Assembly (NCBI GenBank): GCA_002633005.1
Contig: NMRA01000303.1
Coordinates: 4,949 to 68,948, forward strand
Reading direction: 5' to 3'
DNA: 64,000 nucleotides
DNA from: Phoronis australis
Lineage: Eukaryota; Animalia; Phoronida
How positions within the stretch are numbered: position 1 is the first letter of the stretch; the number at the start of each line of letters is the position of its first letter. Shown here piece by piece: positions 11,701 to 22,329 of the stretch. A program made the position numbers and the translations under genes. The notes below the pieces were generated by a model, which was not told the origin of the DNA, did no database searches, and was given only the letters and a program-made list of their open reading frames with translations.

Positions 11701-12789
11701 CTTTGATTGCAATACAGGAGCCCGTTCCAAGAAACTGAATTAAGTTCATTTTTCCTTAAGTCTAAGATTTGTCTCAACTTCCAAATTTGAAACGTCCACA
11801 TCCGGTTAAAATTAAGTCAAAACTTGAGTCAAAGACTTAAGTCAAACTGAAGATCTCTTCCCACTTACCGAAACGTCGGTAAAAGCGAAGTTTCGCGTCT
11901 AATGCCGGGAAAGCACCATTATTCAGGAGCACGTTGTAATTGTTTTCAAAGCATGTTTTGCGAACTTTACCCTAATTTTTCGACTCATTAGCTGGTATCC
12001 GTGCTAAGACATGCGGCTCTTTTTCATCTCATGCGAGCTGATATTAATGAATTGACTGCGTTCGATTTCAAACAGCTCATCCGTAAAATTGATGTTTCGC
12101 GGTCGTTGCGGGCATCTTGTCCAGGGTCACACGAAAGTCTTTTCCGTCGTTCGTCCGTAAATGAATTGACACCCGTTTTCACACGCTTTGCCGAACACTA
12201 TGATGCATCCACTAATGCGTTAGGTACAATTCATAACAAAGATTATTGAAAAAAATATCGATATCAATGGTTTTATAATACATTTTGATTTTTGTTGCCG
12301 TCATGTATCAATGCAACGAAGACCTAGTGTAATTCAATTTAACTACTCCTCCATGTAATGAACATTACATTTGCACAATAAAATTCATGTAGTATATACT
12401 GTAATTTCTATGGCTTTCAGAGAATCACTAATTGACAGATAAGGTGTAATCAGAAACGCTTTAGACAACTGTTGGCCTGTAGAAGCATGTCATGCGAGAA
12501 TACCGCTCAGGGAGCAATTTATCATCTCGACATATTTTATGTCAAGCTACCAGCTAAGACTATTTTGATCAATGGTTGTTTGCGATAGCAACACTGTCGG
12601 CGATTGGCAACTAGATCAAACTCAAAGTGTTTTTCCACGCTGCGTGAATCAGCCCTCGACACACTCATCATATTTTCCATTTTGACAAAACGTTAGATGA
12701 TTTAAAATTGTACGACTGTATTCCATGATTCAGCCCCCAATTCTACAGTTATGCAACTGGAATATAATCTTCGTATACACACGGCTCAC

Positions 12790-12906
12790 CTTCTCGCAGT
12801 CTTGCTTCACAGTTCCGTTGCCATTTTCAACATCTTCGGCCATTTCTGAGTTATTTTTCCTCACGGCGCTACCGTTCCTCGCTAGATGGCACTCAATTGA
12901 CGTCAT
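12790..12906 (-). CDS. Probable first coding exon of the pLGIC subunit
   Basis: ATG at 12906 with an upstream in-frame TAA. 117 nt to donor aag|gtgagc, phase 0 like the next exon. Encodes MTSIECHLARNGSAVRKNNSEMAEDVENGNGTVKQDCEK. An acceptor (ttttaacag|12994) implies an upstream 5'UTR exon. Confidence 0.6.
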
Positions 12907-15900
12907 TTCTCTTACTGAAAACCTCTGCCAGGGGTTTATACTTGCTTCCCTTTAAACCTAGCCCAGTACTTTTCTCATCTTCTTTTCCCGAAAACTGTTA
13001 AAAGAGTAATAAGTTACGACAAGATTAAAACCTCACTCTCTTGAACTATTCACAAACTTCAAATAAAATGCTTCACGTTATTAAACAACTTTCCCGTACG
13101 GTGTCCAGATATCAACCAGGGCACTCTGTAACATCTTCACTGTGTCCCGTATATATAGCATTGCTCGTGTTGGGTTCCTCACAATAGGCTAGTGGTATCA
13201 AACTAAACGAAAGAACTCGGTACACTGACTATTGACCAAGTCTGTTCACAAGACGCACGCAACATATTACACGTTTCTACAATGTTATCCCCAACATCAA
13301 CAGTACGTCCAGCTTCTTACAAATTATTAATTAACAAGAGCAAAAGAATTGTGACGCTGTCTCATATATTGCATAACACATAATTACACTGCTTTCTTCT
13401 GACACATCACAATGCCTGCAGTAACAACGATCTAGAGTCTACCAAGTAAGACGTAGGTGTCTCTAGAGTCTACCAAGTAAGACGTAGGTGTCTCTAATTA
13501 CAAAATAATTATACAAAAAGCATCGTTGGTTTTGGGTTTTTGGATATCGAGTCAGTGGTCGGTAATTTTTATTTGCTCACTTTTTCAAAAAAGGAAATTC
13601 ATCTGAGACGAGCAAAAATGTGGAATTTGCGAGTTTTATTCATCATGACGTTTAAATCCTTGCTTACCCTCGCTTACCTGCCTTTGTGCAGCTTTTCAAA
13701 AAAAAATTCGAGACCTTGGCTAAAATTAATGCGTACGGGTGTTTTCTTTTGTTTTTTATGAGTCGATCAGGGCATGTCTAAAAATGAGTAGGGGTAAAGA
13801 CCAGAATCGACTATGCTTTTTTAGCCTTATGTTGAACAATTATAGATTTTTATCTCATTCTACATTTGATATTTCGCCCTGTAGACGCACATGTATATGT
13901 TTTCACAACGTACGTTTGTACCATATTCTACCGAGATTTGCAATCATATGCAAATGCGAGGGCGAAACCAGATTGCGCTTTTACCGTCTCAAGTTAAATA
14001 AGCAGATTAAAAGCACTAAAATTGGTGGAATTAGTAATTAGGCCTGAAGAAATTAAAATCATTTTGGGGCACACCAAGTTATGAAACGCCCATGGCTTAG
14101 TTTTGCGTGGTTAATTCAAATTGAAATATATGGAACGACTTTATAGAGGAGTATGTTCGTTCCTCGAGAAGCACGTTTTATTCTAACGGTCACAAGCAGA
14201 GATCAGGCAATAGAAGCAATCAGGTAAACAAAAACACCGAAAAGAGAGCGCTGAATGGGGCTTTAAAACGACAATTTAAATTCAAGTTACTTGCAAAAAA
14301 TTTCTATTACGCAAACCATCAGAGGCACGCGGCCCCTGACCTTGCAAATTAAAGGTCACCAATGACTTCCATCTATATATTCCGTGCATATTTTACATTT
14401 CCTACTTCATATTACGTATCACAGAACATAATAATGTACGTCAAAACATCAAAGCCCAAAAAAATCAGTCAAAGCTGACTCTCACCCCTGTTCAGTTGTC
14501 AAATGGTTGAATTCCTAACCGAAGCGATTTGGGATTTAAAAAAGCAATCGCGCTCATCCCACTTTCAGTAATTGTCGAATGAGCCGACAATTCAACTCCC
14601 GGACAATGTGTACTTGCGCCATATTTGAGAATTCACAATTTTAAGGATGGCCAACCCCAATAAACTCTGTCGTGTTTTCTTCAGTCGTTGGTGGTCTCGA
14701 TGTTCTTGTCGGTAACGGAGATAGAAACTATGAGATTCATTTTATGAGGATAAAAGGCCTTATTAGGTTTTCGTTATGTTGCGAGCTAAACAGAGTACAA
14801 TGTAGCTTTAACTGTAAACTTGTGAAACATTTACAACCAATGTTTTGGTGCCGTGTTTATAAAAACATGATCTTCAAGTATCACGTGGCTAACTGTTTCC
14901 CACAAACTCGCTGTTAGGTTGTTTTGGTCAAAGGTAAGACTACGCATCAGAATCTACTGACGTGTTGTTTGCCGGCGAGAACGTAAACAAAAGATCGAAA
15001 ATTCCCTTGCTGTCCGCGAGCTATTTCACTCAGAAACTCATAATTCTCGCTTTGTCAAACGTCAAAATTAAGACGATTTGCAAAGCAAGCGCGTGGTAAA
15101 TGGCAATATAAGAAATAGATTTGGTCTTTTGGTCAACTTACTGTTTTAAACACAACATCTTTTGCTTCGAACTGATTGCACAAAATATAAAGCGTGTGAT
15201 AAGCATTACGAAAGAAACCAGGCTCGCGCGCAAACGCTGTGGACCATAAACATTATGGCTCTTGTTTTTTTCTGTCAGTTGAAAGCGTGGTGGTGCAATG
15301 GAAGAGCACTCTCACGATAACCAATGGTACCTGAGTTCTAATCCTTGCAATTTTACAATTTTCCATTTTTAAATCATAAGCGGTTAAACTGTTTAAATGC
15401 TTTAAAACAAGAAATGTTTATTTGTTTATTAAAAAATCAGAACTAAGCAAGGACATTCTGGATGACCAATAAATAGAGAATCGTAGACGAGTCTCAGGTT
15501 TATGACATGGCAAAACCTCTTGGAAGATCTTGCCCTTGTCATAAACCTGAGACGAGTGTAAGATTTGTGTTCTCTCATGAACCGTAAAAACGATCTTTTC
15601 GCCTAAAAACTCGACGCGTCTAAAATTTTCAACCACATGACGCAACCTTTGTAAAAACTCGCTTGCGAAATTTAAAGTAAACCCAGTTACTTTATGTTAA
15701 TAATTTTATTTTAACTTAACAATTGTAAACTGCATTTAGCTTTTGTAAAAAAACGTATAAGTTACAATCTAGTAAATACCCTTTGAAGTTGTAACATTAA
15801 AACTTAATAATAAATGTTTATAAATATCAGCCAGGTGGGTTTCCCCGCGCGTGAGCACTGAATTGACGATGAGACAGCCCAGCTAGTCAGTCGCACCTCG

Positions 15901-16299
15901 TAGTTTCTTGAGTTGGTAATGGTTGGGGTTCGTCTCCGTTTTAAGCAACGTGGATATGAAATTTGACACCGAAGATGGGTCTGTTTAAGATGCTGTTTAA
16001 ATGTCTTTTCTGTCGGGAGTACGTACACTTAATGGGACATCCTCTATGTAGTACGTACACTTAAAGTGTAAATTGCAAGGTCTCAACCAATCTGAACAAC
16101 AATATGCTCTAAATTCGTGTTTATAATTATTATTGCTATATTCTTAGCATTAACTGAATTGTACGTCGCTATAAAAAGTTATTTACACATTTGTTGCCGT
16201 GGCGTTGTAACGCCATTGTTGTAACGGAAAATAGAAACGGCGCCATTTTCCTTCGTTACACATCTGTGACGTGGTGTTGGGGAACACAAAGAAAACAAT

Positions 16300-18109
16300 A
16301 TGGATCCCAGTGAGTACAGCAGCGTAGATGAAGAATATTTTGAAAGATACAGGGAGGGTCAGGTGGAGTTTTCAGACGATTCTGACGTTTCGGATGTGGA
16401 GGAGGAGGAGACAGACCCCATAGGAACAATTTGTGCTCACACCTTCTCTCTAGTAGAACCGTTTTCCCTCGATCCCCTTGCTCCGGTTGTCGACGATCCA
16501 GCCCTAGCCGGTTCGTGCAGTGAATATCAACGGGCAGAAGGTGCGCAGGAGTTGCGACAGAATGTTAGTGACTGGTAAGAATATTATAAATATGCATCAT
16601 ACTACCGCGAATTACTACTTGGTCATTTTTAATTTTAAGTTCAGTAGCTTTACCGGTCACTCTCAGGCGCTCTCGTCCCCACTGATGAATCATTTTTCAG
16701 CCGTGGATAAGTACCAGTTTCAGTGATAAAAAATGGGACTCGTTGCACTTACGCAAATCACTCAACAATGTGTGGTCTTTGATTATTTGTAGACAGTGGC
16801 GCATTGGTTTGGGCCCCGGACTCTTGTTTGTGAGACTCGGGTTCGAATCCTGGCTTTCACTGGCAGACAATTGGGCATTGTACGAAGTTGTCTCCTACTC
16901 CCCTGAGCTCAGTCTTACTAGTGAGTGAATAAATGTATGCATGGGAAAGAATGAGAACCACCTCCCAATACTCAACTGTGTAGTGTAAACAAGAGGAAAA
17001 AAGAATTGCAATTTTGCAACTTAGACTTTCTTACCTGGGGGCCGGAGGGAATTCCATGGGTTATAAAACAGGTCACTTCATTTTCATACTCTAGGGCCAA
17101 GTCAACTTGGACCCAGAGCAATGTACACACGTTTTTCTAACCAGGTTTAGTTTGTGTAAGTCAATGCTTTCATGCCTATGTACCTAATGTTGCTGTTATT
17201 TGTGAAAATTGGTACATGGCTTGGGTGCGAGTTGACTTGGGAAGGAACCGTCTGGTAAAGTTTCTAAAGAGTATAGAAGGCATCGGATATGGAGAAGTTT
17301 TTAAAAATGTTTACTGTAATATTCACGATTATTAACAAAACAGACCCCTCCATCAATGAATCAGGTGTCAGCAAATCAAACTAAGTATGTCCATTCCTAT
17401 ATATATATATATCCCCCAGGAATGATCTGCCACTGCCCTGGGTGTAGCAGTATTCATTTGTATGAAAAGTAAATATCTTCACTATTTATGTGATGTTCCC
17501 AAGCTTGTTTTTTGGAATTTAGTTTCATTTTTGCTCTGTTTTAAACAGGTCGCTGCTCAACAATCAGTCTTCTTGAAAACTGAGGTCATTGCAAACCCTC
17601 AATTAATTTGGCCGAGACACTCTTGGTAAATCAGTAATTTTTTCAATTCGACATTTTGATGTTTACTAAAGTAATGTATACATATTGTCACATCTTGCAG
17701 GTGCACGTGTGACAACTGTCAGACTACTGCAGTCATTGAAGAATGAGTATGTTGTCAAGAGGTCAACAAGGTTATTGCTAAACTTGAGGACGAAATGAAA
17801 AGGGACAACTTAAACGGAAGAAAAAAATGTATCGTGGACCATGGAAGTTTTCAACCTGTGGGCATCAATCGTGATGTTTTGGAGACTGCATGGTTGCAGT
17901 GTAAAAGCCAATATCCGGATGGCTATGACGGACCCTTTGATAAAAGGATGCGACACATAGCCTACAGACAGTTCCAAAGATGGGTGCATGGTCACCTAGG
18001 ACGAACTGTCCGTGTTGTAATTCCAGCATGCGCAGTAGCCTGCATCAGAGCTTTTTACCCTCCACCGGGAAATGAGGAGGACTTTGAGTTTCAAGGGTTT
18101 TCTTATTAG
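16300..18109 (+). pseudogene. KolX-type / P2X7 cytoplasmic-ballast (Zn-binding, nanor-like) protein; exons 16300-16574 and 17701-18109; one in-frame TGA
   Basis: Splicing tg|gtaaga...ttgcag|g gives DWCTCDNCQTTAVIEE*VCCQE...CIVDHGSF...RHIAYRQFQRWVHGHLGRTVRVVIPACAVACIRAFYP...GF, the ballast-domain signature. TGA at 17744-17746. Confidence 0.85.
16790..16965 (+). mobile_element. tRNA-derived SINE-like sequence in the KolX intron
   Basis: A-box-like tggcgcattgg and B-box ggttcgaatcc at tRNA spacing, followed by a non-tRNA body. Confidence 0.5.
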
Positions 18110-18982
18110 TTTCATTTATGTATATATATATCGAGTTGTCTTATCCCTGGAATGCCAACTCCAGCTCATTACCTAAGTACTCTATTACTAAAAATTGTGA
18201 CTCGGGGAGTAGCCTTATCTACTTTGGACGAGTTGAAATAAGTGACAAGTTCCATAGAGAGAACAAATATCCTAACAAACGAATGCAATCACAGCGCAAT
18301 CTCAGTGGTACAAAAATGAAGTTGGCATTCCATGATGGATTTCTGTGTTTTCAGAATGGTAAACAATTGACAAAGAAAGTAGCATATATTGATGTTCAGG
18401 AACTTATAGTGACATGGCCATGACAAGTGTAATGTTACTAGAACTACATTGTAAACCTCTAAACTCAACACCAGTTATGGTTTACTTAGGAATTGGTCTC
18501 ACTGGAGTTGTTAGTGAGTTTCAAGTAAACACATTCAACAATATTGCTGTTACATAAAAATCTGAACTATTGTCTGAGGTAGAGACTGAATCTCCTGCCC
18601 TCTTCTTATACAGTAGGACTCGTTACATTGGTAGTGCTTCATTGGAAACTAGAAAGGCTAGCATGCATTAATTCCTGTAACGCCTCCAAGTAACTTTGAC
18701 TTCGATGAAATATCTGTCTCACTGGCTCCAACTTACCGAGTTCTACTGTAATTCAACAAGACATTAACTACCATGACGTGGCAAACTACTGAATTTCCAC
18801 CCAAAAGCTCCAGTATGCAATAGCTTCAGATGTCTATGACATGGTATAAAACACACAAAATTATACACATGTATAGGAAGTGAGAAATCTGGAGAGAGTG
18901 CTTGGACCACTCGCAAAAAAACTCGCAAGAAAATGTTAGACAGTAGAGTTGGGATTCTGTGCAAATGATTATTCTGTCGTAC

Positions 18983-19360
18983 AATTTGAATGATATTGGC
19001 AGACACGAGAAGACTGACGACCCATGTATATTTTCATCACTACCAATGTTTTAGGGTTTTTTTTTAAAGCTGTACAGATAGCAATGCTAGAGTATTTATA
19101 GTACCAGTATTGGAAATCGTGAAACACTTTTGAGCGTGCCATATGGCTGTCCGCTTTGTATAAACCCTGCGACATACTATGTTCTAACATTGAAACATTT
19201 CAATGTTACTTCAATATAATGACTATAAATATTGTGGCATAGCTTTTAGGTTTATTTGATTAACAGTAAACTGTTGCCGTCCCATATAATGCATCGGTAA
19301 GGGGGCGAAAAGGTACCTGTGTGGGTCGTCAGTCTTTTCGTGCCCCAATATCATTCATTG
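18983..19360. mobile_element. MITE nested in Kolobok family A
   Basis: Inverted ends tgaatgatattgg..cacgagaagactgacgaccca / tgggtcgtcagtcttttcgtgccccaatatcattca. Confidence 0.6.
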
Positions 19361-19414
19361 TCATGTATGTGATGGAAAGAAATATCAGTACTGTCCATTG
19401 ACAAAACAAGCAGT

Positions 19415-20782
19415 CTAATTGAATTTGTCTGGATATCGGCTCCTCATCCGTGCCACGGCCTCCTCCTTGGACACGTCTGGAGCACCAGCACTCAGCATTG
19501 GAGGGGCGTCAATTTCCAAACAAATTTCGAGGTCACTGGCTTCTCTTTTATTTCGCAACAAGTGTAAGGTATTCTTCCTTACTTCGTTCACATACTCTGA
19601 AAAGCACAACAACTGCAATTTAAAGTAAAAAACATTTTGAATCAATGATTTAAGTTAAACACGACGTCACCTAAGTGAAGTTTTCGCCTACTTTTATAAC
19701 CTTCAAGCAAAGGCCAAAACCAGAGTTAACCCTGTTTTATTTTTGAAGCAGGTTACTTTAATAATCACAACCGTGCAACTTAAGTACCATCGTTAGAACA
19801 GTTCAAACTTTTGTCAGCACACCACCATCTATTACGTGGTTGACAAAACCCCACAAAGAACCTCCTGATGCTCAAATACAGTAGTCTCTGATATTCAGAA
19901 GCGCACCATAGCTTCGTAGGGGGCTGGGGCTGTAGTAATAGCCGAGATTACCAGACTCAGGAATCGAACCCACGACCCCCATAAAACCGGCAAGCGTGCT
20001 AACCATTCAGCTAATAGGCAATTTCCCATTAGCGAGTAGCTAACAGAGGCTCATATGATTCACCGGAAGCACATCTACAACAGGGCTATAGTATGTAGTT
20101 ACTTCAGAGCTGGGCCGCCCATCAGCATGGGCGGTGTGCACCATAGGGGGCTGATGGTATGGTCCCCCCAAGTGCTGGTCTCCCCATAGTACCAGGTGTA
20201 TATCTCCACTCTAATTTGGCTGAAGACAGTGATTCTCAAAAATATGATACCCTAAATGATCCTTACTGACTTCGCGTGACTTGACTTTGAGAACCATCAG
20301 CAAATGAAATTGCATTGGGTCAACATGATGCTCAACTAGCGCTGCTACACACACAACACCAAGAACAGTTGAATCAACAAATAGCCTACTGGGCAACATT
20401 CCAAAGAAATACCACCGGCAACACTCAGCAACTGTTGACCGCGAGAACTATGGTGATTGCGAAAAAAGATCGTTATAGTTCAAGTACTGAGAAAGCGTCA
20501 TGGATATAAGCCATAAATTATGAAGATAACTTACCTTTTCACAAGACCAGCTTCAAACTTCATGATATGTTTGTCGTCGAAGCAGCCGTCCTCAAAGTGG
20601 TCGGAGCATATTTCGGATCCGACAGATATGACCGGCTCGACAGTCATTTTACAATGACGAGCAGTGCACACGAAAACGTGCCATTTCGCAGCCAGATGCT
20701 TGTCTTTGGGAAACCTAAATAGGGTCACGCCTTCCACCTGGCTGGTGTTTGCACAGTTGGCGCACACACACCGATGTACCAT
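19415..20782 (-). pseudogene. Deleted THAP-transposase of Kolobok family A: THAP exon 20782-20535 and terminal exon 19596-19415
   Basis: Exon 1 is an intact THAP domain: MVHRCVCANCAN...LFRFPKDKHLAAKW...ICSDHFEDGCF. The last exon ends ...PPMLSAGAPDVSKEEAVARMRSRYPDKFN*. Under 1 kb separates them, no catalytic core is recognisable, and the splice phases are incompatible. Confidence 0.78.
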
Positions 20783-21052
20783 GTCTAAATCACGCCTAGA
20801 TTGAACGCTCCTTGTTGTCTTCCTCTGTTTTGTATGGGCGGTAAACTGCATTGTGGGATATTGATCTAGTTTGTGTTCCCCAACACCATGTCACGGTGTC
20901 AAAGGTCAACTTTTCGCGGATTTTTTTTAATTTTCGCTTTTTAACGTAACTAGAGACACAATAACATGATAATTGGAAGAAGATATATCCAACTAACAAT
21001 TTCTTGAAAATATTATTACAATTTAACATACTTAGACCTTGCAATTTACACT

Positions 21053-21163
21053 TTAATGGGGCACCCTATAGGTAGTAGGTACAGTTAATGCGACACCCTA
21101 TAGGTAGTACGTACAGTTAATGCGACACTCTATAGGTAGTACGTACAGTTAATGCGACACCCG
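21053..21163. repeat. 32-bp minisatellite (right half; left half at 16019-16064), interrupted by the Kolobok element
   Basis: Unit gtacgtacagttaatgcgacaccctataggta. TTAA recurs every 32 bp across the insertion. Confidence 0.85.
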
Positions 21164-22329
21164 ATCTGTCAATCATAACCTTGTCACCTTCACGGAATTC
21201 CGGCATTGATTGGTTGTTGGTATTAGTGTTTTTGCAGACGATAAATGGTAAAACGAATGGATTTCTACTTCACACTACTTTGTAATTCGCCCATGTAATA
21301 TCAAAAATTACATACTCGGTGTTATTAAGTACCCGTGACGTAACACATTCATGTGAGAAATGATGTTCGTCGAGGGCTGATTATACTTCAGAAATCAAGG
21401 AAAATGCTTGGTTTCAAACGCAAAAACAAAATTTCCCCTTGGATGGAAGAAGGAACCCCCCCGCTCAAGGCCTCCCCGCATTCGGCGCTACGCGCCTATA
21501 CAATTTCGCTTTGCGTGATTGTCTACGAGACAAAATGTTGCCCCCNCCCCCCCCCTATGATATCCTAGATCCGCTACTGACGGGCAAGTGTGGCCTGCGC
21601 TTTAGGCGAGTTACACAACAACTGTAGGGAAGAACAATGTCCTATCTGCGACACATATGAAAAAACAGTTCGTACCGAACTTGGCGTTCATAGCGGAATC
21701 AAAACAAATGTACTCACTTCAATCCATGCCACGTAGGCATTGACGTCTGACTAATGTGTCACTTTCCAGAGTTGTCAATTTGGAATATTAGAATTCAGGG
21801 TAATAGGCCATTCTTAATATAAAACTCGTGAATATTAATTTATCTCTGAAACGAGGCTTGAACTGTATTAAGGCATTATTTACATTCCAATCGCTAGCAC
21901 AAAGCGAAATTCGTGTACCAAATTAGACTTGTCAATGCGATACTGTCGAAATGGTTAAAATACAATCTGTGGTCGTGCTTTAGGCGGTTTTTTCTATCTA
22001 AAATGACAAGAAGTGTTCCAGCAGAAAAAATAGAGGAAGTCTGTCGCTAAATTACATGTAAAGTAATGATGTTCGCCGACGACATCGATTCGTCATTCCC
22101 AAGAACGTGATCTCTCTTACGTCGATCACTTGTATCTCGTATTCCATTAATGGGTGTAAGCATGCAGTGAAAAGCTGGGCCCCCTCAACTGTTAACTAGG
22201 AATCGGTCTCGAAGACGATGCTCGTTCATTGTACTGAAATTCTGATTTGCAGTCAACTCAACACGAATCTTATACCAATGTAGAAAGCATGGTCCGAAAG
22301 TATTTGTAACTCTTGCATCTACTGACACT

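Larger units (their letters stand above)
16065..21052. mobile_element. Kolobok-type DNA transposon (family A), about 5 kb, two convergent intron-containing genes, DDE core missing
   Basis: Perfect 19-bp TIR agtgtaaattgcaaggtct / agaccttgcaatttacact. TTAA TSDs (16061-16064, 21053-21056). Splits a 32-bp minisatellite in register. Confidence 0.92.

Noticed and set aside
11175-11749. ORFs 11175-11357 and 11351-11749 as a gene or PLE protein
   Set aside because: They contain an internal degenerate duplication and no motif I can identify.
11847-11885. Second hammerhead-like core (ctgaaga...gaaacgtcggt)
   Set aside because: The intervening tctcttcccacttacc cannot form stem II and stem I is unconvincing. 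At best it is a decayed Penelope-type end.
13431-13495. 31-bp direct duplication (similar 30-bp one at ~27473-27532)
   Set aside because: Simple two-copy tandem duplications with no further structure.
16790-16870. Functional tRNA gene (also 19950-20030, 44930-44990, 7025-7090)
   Set aside because: A/B boxes are present but acceptor and anticodon stems do not pair. Treated as SINE- or transposon-borne tRNA-like sequence.
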